Source: Bacteroidia bacterium
GTDB taxonomy: Bacteria > Bacteroidota > Bacteroidia > UKL13-3
Direction: 5' to 3'
NCBI GenBank assembly: GCA_021740845.1
Contig: JAIOYZ010000005.1
Location: forward strand, 3,693 to 67,692
DNA length: 64,000 nt
In this document: positions 1 through 9,284 of the stretch, piece after piece
Position numbering within the stretch: the stretch's first letter is position 1
How the letters are laid out: each line of letters opens with the position of its first letter
Notes under the pieces: model-generated
What the model saw: only the letters and a program-made list of their open reading frames with translations
Database searches by the model: none
Told to the model about the DNA's origin: nothing
Program-made: the position numbers and the translations under genes

Positions 1-92
1 ATAAAGAAAAAAAACAATAAAAGAATTGAGTGGAATCATAATTTAAATGAAACGATTGTTTCAATTTTGAATAAACACTAAAACAAAACAAA

Positions 93-1466
93 ATGTACGT
101 AGAACAAATTTATACCAAATGCTTAGCAGAAGCAGCTTACTATATTGAAAGCAATGGCGAAGCTGCTATTATTGATCCGCTACGTGAGACCGAACCTTAT
201 ATTGAAATGGCAGAAAAAAGAGGGGCAAAAATTAAATATGTTTTTGAGACTCATTTTCATGCTGATTTTGTAAGTGGACATATTGACTTAGCGCGTAAAA
301 CGGGAGCTCAAATTGTGTATGGTCCAACCGCAGAAGCAGGTTATGATATTTATGTAGGAGAAGATGAAGAGGTTTTTTCTGTTGGTGATATTACTTTAAA
401 GTTAATGCATACTCCTGGACATACACTAGAATCTATGTGTTTGTTATTGAGTGATGAAAAAGGCAACCCAAATGCAGTTTTTACTGGAGATACTGTTTTT
501 GTTGGAGATGTTGGGAGACCAGATTTAGCGGTTAAATCTGCCTTGACCCAAGATGACTTGGCGGGTTTGTTATTTGATTCTATTCAAAAGAAAATAAAGC
601 CATTAGCAGATGATGTAATTATATATCCTGCACATGGCGCGGGTTCTGCCTGTGGCAAGAATATTGGGAAAGAAACACAAACAACTATCGGTGAACAAAA
701 GAAAAGCAATTATGCCTTCACAATTACCTCTCGCGAAGAATTTATTAAAGCAGTAACAGATGGTTTGGAAGAACCACCTAAATACTTTTTTATGGACGCT
801 GCCATAAACAAAAATGGCTACGATGATATTGATGCTGTAATGGCAAGAAATACCATTGGGCTTGATCCAAATGAGTTTGAAGCAGAAGTAAAAAAAGGTG
901 CTATTATTTTGGATGCTCGTGATGCCGAAATTTTTGAAAAAGGATTTATCCCTGGTTCTATAAATATTGGATTGAATGGTCAGTATGCTGTTTGGGTTGG
1001 TTCATTAATAGACCATGCCACACCTATTTTGGTTGTTACTGATGAAGGAAAAGAAAACGAAGCCGTTTTGCGATTAGCACGTGTGGGTTACGAGCATGTA
1101 TATGGCTTCCTAAAAGGTGGTTTTGAAGCTTGGTTGGTAAAAGGGAAGCATATAGAATTGGTGGAGTCTATTGAGCCAGTACAAATGTTGGGCATAGATC
1201 ATCATACCATTATTGATGTAAGAAATGCCAGCGAATGGCATGGCGGTGTTTTGGAAGGCGCAGAATTAATTCCCTTATCCAAATTGGAGGCGCAGTTAAC
1301 CAATCTCGATAAAGAACAAAAATATTTAATCCATTGTGCAGGAGGTTATAGAAGCATGATGGCTACTTCACTAATGAAGAAACATGGATTTTTACATGTA
1401 AAAAATGTAAGAGGTGGCATTAACAAAATCAAAGAAAGTGGCTTTATGTTAGTTATTCCAGCTTAA
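93..1466 (+). CDS. MBL-fold metallo-hydrolase (persulfide dioxygenase-like) fused to two rhodanese domains, CstB-like
   Basis: HxHxDH metal motif THFHADFVSGH near the N-terminus. Two C-terminal rhodanese-like modules, the last with an active-site Cys in IHCAGGYRS. Confidence 0.8.
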   Translation: MYVEQIYTKCLAEAAYYIESNGEAAIIDPLRETEPYIEMAEKRGAKIKYVFETHFHADFVSGHIDLARKTGAQIVYGPTAEAGYDIYVGEDEEVFSVGDITLKLMHTPGHTLESMCLLLSDEKGNPNAVFTGDTVFVGDVGRPDLAVKSALTQDDLAGLLFDSIQKKIKPLADDVIIYPAHGAGSACGKNIGKETQTTIGEQKKSNYAFTITSREEFIKAVTDGLEEPPKYFFMDAAINKNGYDDIDAVMARNTIGLDPNEFEAEVKKGAIILDARDAEIFEKGFIPGSINIGLNGQYAVWVGSLIDHATPILVVTDEGKENEAVLRLARVGYEHVYGFLKGGFEAWLVKGKHIELVESIEPVQMLGIDHHTIIDVRNASEWHGGVLEGAELIPLSKLEAQLTNLDKEQKYLIHCAGGYRSMMATSLMKKHGFLHVKNVRGGINKIKESGFMLVIPA

Positions 1467-1471
1467 TAGGT

Positions 1472-1669
1472 TTGAACCAAATGAAACTAATTTTGAAATA
1501 TAAATTTATCCTAATTGGAAGCCTTTTAGGAATTGTAGCAGGGTTTTCATATTACTATTTTATTGGATGCGCTAGCGGCACTTGTGCCATTACCTCTAGT
1601 CCAGTAAATAGTAGTTTATATGGAGCATTTATGGGAGGATTGTTGGGGGATTCATTTAGGAAAGGGTGA
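1472..1669 (+). CDS. small membrane protein with CASGTC cysteine pair, 65 aa
   Basis: Starts 5 bp after the MBL-rhodanese stop. One TM helix followed by GCASGTCAIT. Sits in a sulfur-metabolism gene neighbourhood. Confidence 0.4.
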   Translation: MNQMKLILKYKFILIGSLLGIVAGFSYYYFIGCASGTCAITSSPVNSSLYGAFMGGLLGDSFRKG

Positions 1670-1775
1670 GAATGGCTGTTGGCTATTAGCTTCTGGCATC
1701 TGGCTACTGGCTACTGGCTTTTAGCTATTTCTTTGAGTGAAGTTGTCTACTTATTTATTGGGATAAAAAAGGACA

Positions 1776-1930
<155 letters not shown>

Positions 1931-1968
1931 GTAGTAGGATTAATAAAAAAAAATAAAAGTAAAAATAT

Positions 1969-2268
1969 ATGTCAGCATTTAACGATTTAATTAACGGTAC
2001 TACCCCGGTTTTGGTAGATTTTACGGCCACTTGGTGTGGACCTTGCAAAATGATGTCGCCCATTTTAGATGAGGTGGCGGGCGAATTGGGTGAAAGTGTA
2101 AAGATTATAAAGGTGGATGTAGATAAAAATCCACAAGCAGCGCAGCATTACCAAGTACAAGGCGTGCCAACATTAATATTATTTAAAGAAGGCAAAACGG
2201 TATGGCGTCAATCTGGAGTTGTACCAAAAGGACAATTAATTTCAAGTATTCAACAATTTAATAAATAA
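1969..2268 (+). CDS. trxA: thioredoxin
   Basis: WCGPCK active-site motif. Length is 99 aa. Confidence 0.9.
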   Translation: MSAFNDLINGTTPVLVDFTATWCGPCKMMSPILDEVAGELGESVKIIKVDVDKNPQAAQHYQVQGVPTLILFKEGKTVWRQSGVVPKGQLISSIQQFNK

Positions 2269-2272
2269 AGTT

Positions 2273-2587
2273 ATGATGAGTTTTATAAAGAAACTATTTT
2301 CTAGTCCTGTTAACGAAGAAATGAAGGAACAACTTGCGGCAGGAGCTGCAATTATTGATGTGCGCAGCGAAAGTGAATTTGCAGGCGGACATGTTAAAGG
2401 CTCTAAGAATATCCCATTAAACAAGTTATCAGATAAATTGGCCGGAATAAAAAAATTGAATAAGCCAGTAGTTTGTGTTTGTGCAAGTGGGATGAGAAGT
2501 TCTCAAGCCACTAATTTCTTAAAGCAAAACGGAGTAACTGCATACAATGGTGGTTCATGGCATTCGGTAAATAGATTAATTGATTAA
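2273..2587 (+). CDS. single-domain rhodanese sulfurtransferase
   Basis: Rhodanese fold with catalytic Cys in CVCASGMRS. Starts 4 bp after the trxA stop. Confidence 0.8.
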   Translation: MMSFIKKLFSSPVNEEMKEQLAAGAAIIDVRSESEFAGGHVKGSKNIPLNKLSDKLAGIKKLNKPVVCVCASGMRSSQATNFLKQNGVTAYNGGSWHSVNRLID

Positions 2588-2589
2588 AA

Positions 2590-3003
2590 ATGGGAACAGT
2601 ACATCAAACCAAAACCCAGCATATGGGTAAAATGGAATTTGATAGTGTTATCAATAACCATCATATTACGATTGATACGGTAGAAGCTGGTGGTGGCGAG
2701 AATCATGGCCCAAACCCAAAGCCACTTATGCTTAGTGCACTTGCTGGTTGCACCGGAATGGATGTTGTTTCTTTGCTCAATAAAATGCGTGCAGAATACA
2801 GCGATTTTTCCATTGATGTAGATGCTGATTTAAGCGATGAGCATCCAAGAATGTATACCGAAATTCGCGTTAAATACTTTATCAAAATAAACGATAGAGA
2901 GAAAATGGAAAAGGCGGTACGACTTTCAAAGGACCAATATTGCGGCGTTAGTGCTATGTTGAAAAAAGTTTGTCCGGTAGAATTTGAGATAAATTATTTG
3001 TAG
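2590..3003 (+). CDS. OsmC/Ohr family peroxiredoxin-like protein
   Basis: OsmC-like pattern PKPLMLSALAGCTGMDVV. Starts 2 bp after the rhodanese stop, so it is co-operonic. Confidence 0.7.
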   Translation: MGTVHQTKTQHMGKMEFDSVINNHHITIDTVEAGGGENHGPNPKPLMLSALAGCTGMDVVSLLNKMRAEYSDFSIDVDADLSDEHPRMYTEIRVKYFIKINDREKMEKAVRLSKDQYCGVSAMLKKVCPVEFEINYL

Positions 3004-3082
3004 GCTGTTTTTGGGTTTTGGGCTTTGGGGAAGGACATGGTTGTTGGTAAATAGTACTTTTTTGCGGGGTAGTTTTTGGGCG

Positions 3083-3130
3083 GGTAGTTTGTTTATTTCG
3101 TTTTGAACCGAGACAATTTGAAAATAGAAC
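3083..3130. repeat. partial copy of mosaic intergenic repeat, module A (ggtagtttgtttatttcgttttgaaccgagaca...)
   Basis: Shares about 40 bp with the 5' end of the element at 5329-5456. Confidence 0.6.
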
Positions 3131-3575
3131 CTTTATGGAGAATATAAATTTTAGACATTTTGTAAAAATAAAAAAAACACGCACGAAACAACTACAAAAA
3201 GTACCTTCATGGTACTAAATTAGGTTCAAAGCCTTCGAAAAAAACGAACTCCTCATTGAACAGGGGATCTCCTAAGCTGTTTTCTTATATTAAATATATG
3301 TTGTTTATTTATGTTCAATCAGATTTTATTTTTTTGTTGATTACCATTTCTTTGTGATGAAAGTACCAATTACAATTTGCAAATTTCATATAGGCATAAA
3401 AGAAAACCCAATTAACGATTGTTTTTATGGTTTGTCTTATAGAGCATTACTTTAAAAATCCAAAAAAATAATTTGAATATAATTGATTATCAAATTCCTT
3501 TTGAAAAGTTAAACTCATTTCATACTTTTATTGGACCTCAGTGATAAAAAAGAAATATTTTCGGGTCCTATTAAA

Positions 3576-5213
3576 ATGAATTTTATGCAATTATTTATGA
3601 ATCGTATTATAATTTTACTTCTTACATTAATTATTTTTCATTTCACTTCATGTGAAAATAATAGCAATAAAAAACAAAATATAAATTATTCGAAAATTGA
3701 AATAAAAAGAATAGTTTACTTGTGCAAAACCTGGGGTGCATTAAAATACTTAACTAGTAATACTAAATACAATAATATTGATTGGAATACAGAATTATAC
3801 GAGCAACTTTCTGAAAATCCAAATTTTTACTCCAATAACCAAATATTAGAAAAGGTATTAGTAAATTTAATAAGTAAAGCTGATGACGGAGAAAATAAAG
3901 TTGAAGAAAGGGCATGCAATTTTAATCTATATTGGGTAAATGATACTTCAATAGTAAATAAAAGCACGACAACTAAATTGTTGAAAATAATTAAAACGAA
4001 CCATGGTGTTATTAACAACCCAAATTTAGTATATGTTAATGGAGTTATAGATTTTACTGAAGAAAATAAAAAATTTTTGGATGAAGAATTACCAGAAATT
4101 AATTCGAAAATGGTAAATATTTTCAGGTATTGGAATATTATCAATTATTTTTTCCCTTATAAGAATTTAATGGATAGAAATTGGGATGAGGCTTTAAATG
4201 AATATATACCCAAAATATTAAATTCATTTTCTATTTCAGAATATCAATACAATTATCTTGAATTTATTTCTTTGTTAAGGGATGGCCATGGTTTTTCATT
4301 GTGTGACTACACCAAAACTTGGTATGATGACTTTGTTCCTAGTTTCAGCTTAGTAAATGGAAAAATAATTATCGAAAATAACCAAATTCAAACTTTGATA
4401 AATGGTGACTCAGTAATAATGATAAATGGAAAAACCATTGATAGTATTCAATTTTACCTCACAAAAATTTTCCCATCCTCCAATATTTCTTACACAAAAA
4501 AGAAACTTGAAAAGTTGATTTTTGATTTTGACACTACAAAAATTCTTGAATTAGAGATTATTAGAAATGGCTCGCCGAAGTCAATAAAAATTTCAAAAAT
4601 TGAAACATTTTCTAACGAAAAAAATTCAGATTACCCGCCATTTAAATACTATGGAAATATACTTTACTTAAATTATGGAATACTTAATCCAGTATTATTA
4701 GATAGTTTATTAAAAAGCATTTCGAAAAATGAACCAGAAATAATTATAGATTTAAGGGTTTATCCCAAAGAATATATGTTTAATGAAATTTTTGCAAATT
4801 TAGTTGTCACTTCCAAACCCTTTGTTTTGTTGAATTTAATTAATCCAAATTGTCCAGGAAACTTTACAAATTCTGAGATTTATAAAACCGAATCTTTAGG
4901 TGCAAAATTAAAACTTAAAAAATGTATTTTATTGGTTGATGAAAACACAATGAGTCATGGGGAGTTTTCTGCAATGTGTTTTCAAACATTACCTAACACT
5001 TATACAATTGGTAAACAAACTGCTGGAGCAGATGGGGATATTGTTGGAGTAAATATTTCAGGTGGAATAAGTACCTCCTTTTCAGGAATAGAAATTCTAT
5101 ATCCCGATAATACACCGACTCAAAGAAAAGGAGTAAAAATAGATAAATACTTTGATGGAAATAGCGATTCAACTATGATTCATGCAGCCATTAATTTTAT
5201 TAAACATCATTAA
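3576..5213 (+). CDS. S41-family (C-terminal processing / tricorn-like) peptidase lipoprotein, very AT-rich
   Basis: Signal peptide with lipobox FTSC when the start is taken at MNFMQLF. PDZ-like segment NGDSVIMINGKTIDS. C-terminal S41-like catalytic region LVDENTMSHGEFSAM ... TIGKQTAGADGDIV. Confidence 0.5.
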   Translation: MNFMQLFMNRIIILLLTLIIFHFTSCENNSNKKQNINYSKIEIKRIVYLCKTWGALKYLTSNTKYNNIDWNTELYEQLSENPNFYSNNQILEKVLVNLISKADDGENKVEERACNFNLYWVNDTSIVNKSTTTKLLKIIKTNHGVINNPNLVYVNGVIDFTEENKKFLDEELPEINSKMVNIFRYWNIINYFFPYKNLMDRNWDEALNEYIPKILNSFSISEYQYNYLEFISLLRDGHGFSLCDYTKTWYDDFVPSFSLVNGKIIIENNQIQTLINGDSVIMINGKTIDSIQFYLTKIFPSSNISYTKKKLEKLIFDFDTTKILELEIIRNGSPKSIKISKIETFSNEKNSDYPPFKYYGNILYLNYGILNPVLLDSLLKSISKNEPEIIIDLRVYPKEYMFNEIFANLVVTSKPFVLLNLINPNCPGNFTNSEIYKTESLGAKLKLKKCILLVDENTMSHGEFSAMCFQTLPNTYTIGKQTAGADGDIVGVNISGGISTSFSGIEILYPDNTPTQRKGVKIDKYFDGNSDSTMIHAAINFIKHH

Positions 5214-5328
5214 TTCTGTTATAATCTAAATTAATTTGGCTTCTTATTTAGCAAAAAATCTATCAACAACTGAGTGAGTGGCTTATCTATGCCACAAAGC
5301 AAATTGAATCATAGTTAGTCCTTTATCT

Positions 5329-5456
5329 GGTAGTTTTTTTATTTCGGTTTGAACCGAGACAAGTTAGAGAGTAGAAGAAAAAAGCTGAGTGAGGTTTCTG
5401 AGTAGAAAAGGGCGGATCCTGAGTGAAATGTCATTTTTCGTTTACTCTGCTAAAAG
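5329..5456. repeat. mosaic intergenic REP/MITE-like element, full module A (~110 bp)
   Basis: Sequence atttcggtttgaaccgagacaagttagagagtagaag aaaaaagctgagtg...tttttcgtttactctg, highly similar to 8098-8200. Abuts the stop codon of a minus-strand gene. Confidence 0.75.
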
Positions 5457-5466
5457 TTAGCGAAGG

Positions 5467-6396
5467 TTATTCAATTTCAAAATGCTTCTTAATACGCAAC
5501 ATTCTTAACGTGTTCCATTTACTGGGTTTTCCTGCTTTCTCCATGATGACGTGTACTTGTCCTGAATGTGCTGCATGCAAATTCCATGATCCATCCTTAT
5601 TCTGTTTTTTATTCAAATGGGCCAATGCCTCAGTCATTCTATCGTCCCATTTAATTCCTGCGTATTGAAAATAATCCATAGCTCTAAGAATGTCATATTT
5701 CCATCTGCATGGATAGCTTAACTTTAAGAAGTTTTTATCAATTATTTCTCCTGTGTGGTCTGATAAAAATAATCTGTGCATTAAGATAAATTCTATAGCA
5801 GTTTTAATAGCAACAGAAATTTCTTTTTTTCTATAAAAGAATCCCGTTTTCTGAAATTCGGTGAATCCTTCGAGAACTGAAATAGTAGAATGCAATGAGC
5901 TATGTTTTGCTCCACTTCTTGTTGACCTGCAATTAAATCCTCCATCCGGCATAATCTCATTAAGAATACTGTCTATAATGGAATGTAACTTCTTTTCAGG
6001 TGTTTTGAAATAGGAAGCATAATTCAAAAACATTCCATTTACACAAACGTCACTATGCTGCGATGTGGATGGCCCCAATTGAATACCTCCATCATCTGCT
6101 AGGTTATTTTGTAAGACCAGTTCTATTGTCTCTTGTACCATCTCATTGTTTGCTGGAAGATTTAAATTGCGAAGGTCAAGTAAAGTGTAATGGGTGGAAA
6201 TCCATTTGGGTTGATAGAATCTATCGCCCCAATGTCCGTTTGAATTACGTTTTGATAAAATTTTGGTACCCCATCCTTCATTTGGTATTCGGTTTTGAAG
6301 TTTCTTTTTGTCAGAACCTAACAAATCACGCCAAACTTGGTATTGGATAGAGACATCTCCTTCCAATAACCAGTCTATGATTTGTTGATTGTTCAT
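5467..6396 (-). CDS. prenyltransferase / squalene-cyclase-repeat (alpha-alpha toroid) protein
   Basis: Four to five repeats resembling the QW / PFTB motif: NGHWGD, DDGGIQ, PDGGFN, KDGSWN. Confidence 0.45.
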   Translation of the reverse strand: MNNQQIIDWLLEGDVSIQYQVWRDLLGSDKKKLQNRIPNEGWGTKILSKRNSNGHWGDRFYQPKWISTHYTLLDLRNLNLPANNEMVQETIELVLQNNLADDGGIQLGPSTSQHSDVCVNGMFLNYASYFKTPEKKLHSIIDSILNEIMPDGGFNCRSTRSGAKHSSLHSTISVLEGFTEFQKTGFFYRKKEISVAIKTAIEFILMHRLFLSDHTGEIIDKNFLKLSYPCRWKYDILRAMDYFQYAGIKWDDRMTEALAHLNKKQNKDGSWNLHAAHSGQVHVIMEKAGKPSKWNTLRMLRIKKHFEIE

Positions 6397-6451
6397 TTTC
6401 TTTTTGAAATTTAATTTTGAATATACTACTCAAGAATAGATGTGGCATACA

Positions 6452-6748
6452 TTATTGTTTCCATCTTTCAAGATTTGGAATTGACCTTGTAGCCAACCAT
6501 GCAAAGAAAACGTTCATTCCGTCTTTCTTCATTTCTTGTATACAAAACTTTTGCATTTTTTTGGCGGTATCAATCTCTGGAGGGGTTAAAAAAGATCCAT
6601 TTTCATAACACATGGAACAGTACTTTTTACTAATCGTTCCGTCTTTCTCAGTTCCTCCACCTTTTTTATCTTTCTTTAATGGGAAACCACAGCTTTGGCA
6701 AAATTTATATACTTTCATTTTATTATTTATTTCATTGAAGGTTGTCAT
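6452..6748 (-). CDS. putative zinc-ribbon domain protein
   Basis: Two CxxC pairs, FCQSCGFPL ... YCSMCYENG. Length is 98 aa. Confidence 0.5.
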   Translation of the reverse strand: MTTFNEINNKMKVYKFCQSCGFPLKKDKKGGGTEKDGTISKKYCSMCYENGSFLTPPEIDTAKKMQKFCIQEMKKDGMNVFFAWLATRSIPNLERWKQ

Positions 6749-6769
6749 TCGTAATAATTACTGCAAACC

Positions 6770-6850
6770 TCAGTCATACTAAAAACTAAGTTTTGCAACT
6801 CGAAAATAAGATATTTTTTATGCGATTTGGCGATGGCTAGAAAAATAGTT
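6770..6850. repeat. ~80-bp direct repeat (copy A), shared 5' leader module
   Basis: About 92 percent identical to 7811-7891. Lies immediately upstream of the start of a minus-strand gene. Confidence 0.8.
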
Positions 6851-7090
6851 TAGTTAATTGTTATTAAAGAAAATTGGGCGGCTTAATCCTTCCAATCGCC
6901 AAAAGAAAATACGGTTTTCTTATTAAAGCTAAATTCTTAAAAGGCAAACCTTATAGGCCTAGGCTAAAGATTTTACCCACAAAATTAATCGGCCGAAAAG
7001 CCCCAACCCTGAACGTAGTTCCACTCAACACAGGGTTCAAAGTGTGTCCTCCGGCCGCTTCGAACCCTTATCTGTTAGCAGAAGTTTTTT

Positions 7091-7795
7091 TTAAGGAACT
7101 TCATATTCATAAACTACTTGCGTCAATTTATTATCTACAAATTCCATTTCGGCTTTGAATTCAAGTCCATCTATAATGAAAGGTCTTAATCCCCCAACTT
7201 TATTCGATTCTCCATTCTCAAGCATAACAAATTGCCACACCAATAATTTTTTGTTTTCTAATTGTTCAGCAGTATTTGGAACTCCAAATATTCCCTTAAC
7301 TTCATCAATTGACAAACCAAGCTTTATTCCTTTTTTAGTTTGAATTGTGTCAATTTCTATTGTCTTTTTGTGATTGTTAATTTGAATTCCTTCAAATTGA
7401 AGTAGACTTAATAAATTCGAATCAGTGATTTCCGTTTCAGTTAAAATTGCTGTTGTTATTGAATAGTCGGTGTATGGAACAAAATATAATTTACTCTTTC
7501 CATTCGAGCTAATAAACCACTTAGAACCATCTTCTTTAAATTGATTGAATTGAGAAGTATTTAGATTAAAGAAGTCAGGTTGTATTCCCTTAGTGTAGGT
7601 TGGTTTGGTTACTTGAATTTCTAATGATTCATCACTTTCAAAACTTTTCTCTTCAGCTTTTTCTTCTGTTTTTTCTAATACTTGGCTTTCAATTTGAATT
7701 ACAGAAACATTCTTATCCGATTCGTTTTCAGAAGAATTATTCTGCCTGCAAGAAATCAGGCTAATAGCTATTAATATGTATATAAGGTCTTTCAT
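7091..7795 (-). CDS. hypothetical lipoprotein
   Basis: Signal peptide plus lipobox LISC. Acidic, low-complexity N-terminal region. Confidence 0.5.
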   Translation of the reverse strand: MKDLIYILIAISLISCRQNNSSENESDKNVSVIQIESQVLEKTEEKAEEKSFESDESLEIQVTKPTYTKGIQPDFFNLNTSQFNQFKEDGSKWFISSNGKSKLYFVPYTDYSITTAILTETEITDSNLLSLLQFEGIQINNHKKTIEIDTIQTKKGIKLGLSIDEVKGIFGVPNTAEQLENKKLLVWQFVMLENGESNKVGGLRPFIIDGLEFKAEMEFVDNKLTQVVYEYEVP

Positions 7796-7810
7796 TTAAT
7801 TACCGCCAAC

Positions 7811-7891
7811 TTCAGTCTACCAAAAACTAAGTTTTTCAACTCGAAAATAAGATATTTTTTATGCGATATGGCGATGGCTTGAAAAATAGTT
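7811..7891. repeat. ~80-bp direct repeat (copy B), shared 5' leader module
   Basis: Matches 6770-6850. Lies immediately upstream of the start of lipoprotein gene 7091-7795. Confidence 0.8.
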
Positions 7892-8039
7892 GATATAAAA
7901 ATTTATAAAATTTAAGTGGCTTAAAATGAAGGAATAGAAAGTGTAGCAAAGCTAAAACACAGAAAGCTAATCCATTTATAATAAGCAATACAATTCTAAA
8001 TCTAAAAAAGGCAAGGATAAAAAACAATGTAGCTCTATT

Positions 8040-8200
8040 AAAGCAGCTTACTTTATACCCAAAAGGATGTGACCTTTTCAAAACTTGGTTTCAGTCAATT
8101 TCGTTTTGAACTGAGACAAGTTTGAGAGTAAAATAAAAAAGCTGAGTGTGGTTCCTGAGTGAAATCGAAGGGAACGGCCCTTTTTCGTTTACTCTGTTAA
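8040..8200. repeat. mosaic intergenic repeat, module B followed by module A
   Basis: Module B (aaagcagcttactttat.cccaaaaggatgtgaccttttcaaaacttggtttcagtcaa) recurs at 9285-9363. Module A matches 5329-5456 and contains a small hairpin aagggaacggccctt followed by a T-run. Confidence 0.75.
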
Positions 8201-8203
8201 ATT

Positions 8204-8629
8204 TTAACGGCTGGCAGATATAGTTTTCACAAAATTATCTGGTGTCATAACCGCCAAAGAACTATTTTTAAAATCTTTCAAATTTCGTGTGAGTATCAAT
8301 TCTATTTCCTTATTTGTTTCGGCAGAATAATTTTGCAATGCATCCTCAAAATCTTTAAATTTTGAATTTAAAGCATGTATTACAGTATATCGGTCTATAA
8401 CTAGAATTTCGGTTATTGAAACTAGCATTTTCAGATGGTCTATCACTTTTTCATGCTTCTCTGTTTGCCGTAATAAATAGTATACATTACCAATAATTAC
8501 CGGTGTAATATAGCCAGTGATTTTTTTGGATTCGCATAGAGAAAAAACTTTTGCGGCATTGTCCGAAAATGGTTTTCTATCAAAAAAGAAATCTAAAATT
8601 ACATCTGTATCAATCAGTATTTTTTGCAT
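8204..8629 (-). CDS. PIN-domain toxin (VapC-like)
   Basis: N-terminal ILIDTDVILDFF acidic PIN signature. Length is 141 aa. Lies directly downstream of a small antitoxin-like gene. Confidence 0.7.
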   Translation of the reverse strand: MQKILIDTDVILDFFFDRKPFSDNAAKVFSLCESKKITGYITPVIIGNVYYLLRQTEKHEKVIDHLKMLVSITEILVIDRYTVIHALNSKFKDFEDALQNYSAETNKEIELILTRNLKDFKNSSLAVMTPDNFVKTISASR

Positions 8630-8632
8630 TGC

Positions 8633-8881
8633 CTATAAGTATTTCTCTGACAATTTTTTTGTCAACTCTTTTTTATAGTCAAAATTCGTTGGTGCTGTGA
8701 ATGAACCTTTAAGCGACTTTACAATCGGCGTCAATTCTATTTCCTCTGAGTTCGATTCTTTAGTTATTGCACGAAGATAATTTTCTATCAAATTCGAAAG
8801 ACTTCTACCTTTTCCTTTGGCGTATTTTTTTGCGTTTTCAATAACGCTTTCATCTATTGTAAGTGTAAGCTTAGTATTCAT
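8633..8881 (-). CDS. type II antitoxin-like small protein
   Basis: Length is 82 aa. Separated by 3 bp from the PIN gene. Confidence 0.5.
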   Translation of the reverse strand: MNTKLTLTIDESVIENAKKYAKGKGRSLSNLIENYLRAITKESNSEEIELTPIVKSLKGSFTAPTNFDYKKELTKKLSEKYL

Positions 8882-8919
8882 AATTTCTTGTTCAGAACAA
8901 AATTACTAAAGAATATATT

Positions 8920-8949
8920 CACGTGCAAAAATAATTTTAAGTACACGTG
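8920..8949. promoter_or_regulatory. pair of CACGTG palindromes 18 bp apart, candidate TA operator
   Basis: Sequence cacgtg-N18-cacgtg, 40-70 bp upstream of the antitoxin start. Confidence 0.3.
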
Positions 8950-9284
8950 TTGACTGCTTGCCGCTAATCGGTTCACGCAAGAGAGTTTATGAACCCAGAA
9001 TTATTTCAATTCATAGGCGTTCATGATTATTAATTCACCCTTAGGTTCTCAATACCTGTTCCGCATTTTTGGGAGAACCGTGTTTGATCCCGCACCTGAG
9101 GGACACACTGCTCTTCTTGATTCATCACGAATGTATTTATTCATCATGGATTTACCAATAAGTGGTGAGGAAAAATTAATTGGGTTCCATTTAAATTTTG
9201 AAACTAGAAGATTGATTGAGGAAACAAAGGAAGCAATACAATTTAGGCACAAAAAAAGACAAGTATAAACAAAGAAGCCCTGTA

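Noticed and set aside
5423-5668. 81-aa plus-strand ORF
   Set aside because: It is antisense to the 3' end of the 5467-6396 gene and starts inside the REP-like element.
6874-7158. 94-aa plus-strand ORF
   Set aside because: It covers the GC-rich stem-loop region, overlaps the lipoprotein gene 3' end and has non-protein-like composition.
7836-8081. 81-aa minus-strand ORF
   Set aside because: It lies wholly within the repeated non-coding modules (direct repeat copy B and module B). It has hydrophobic low-complexity sequence and no start context.
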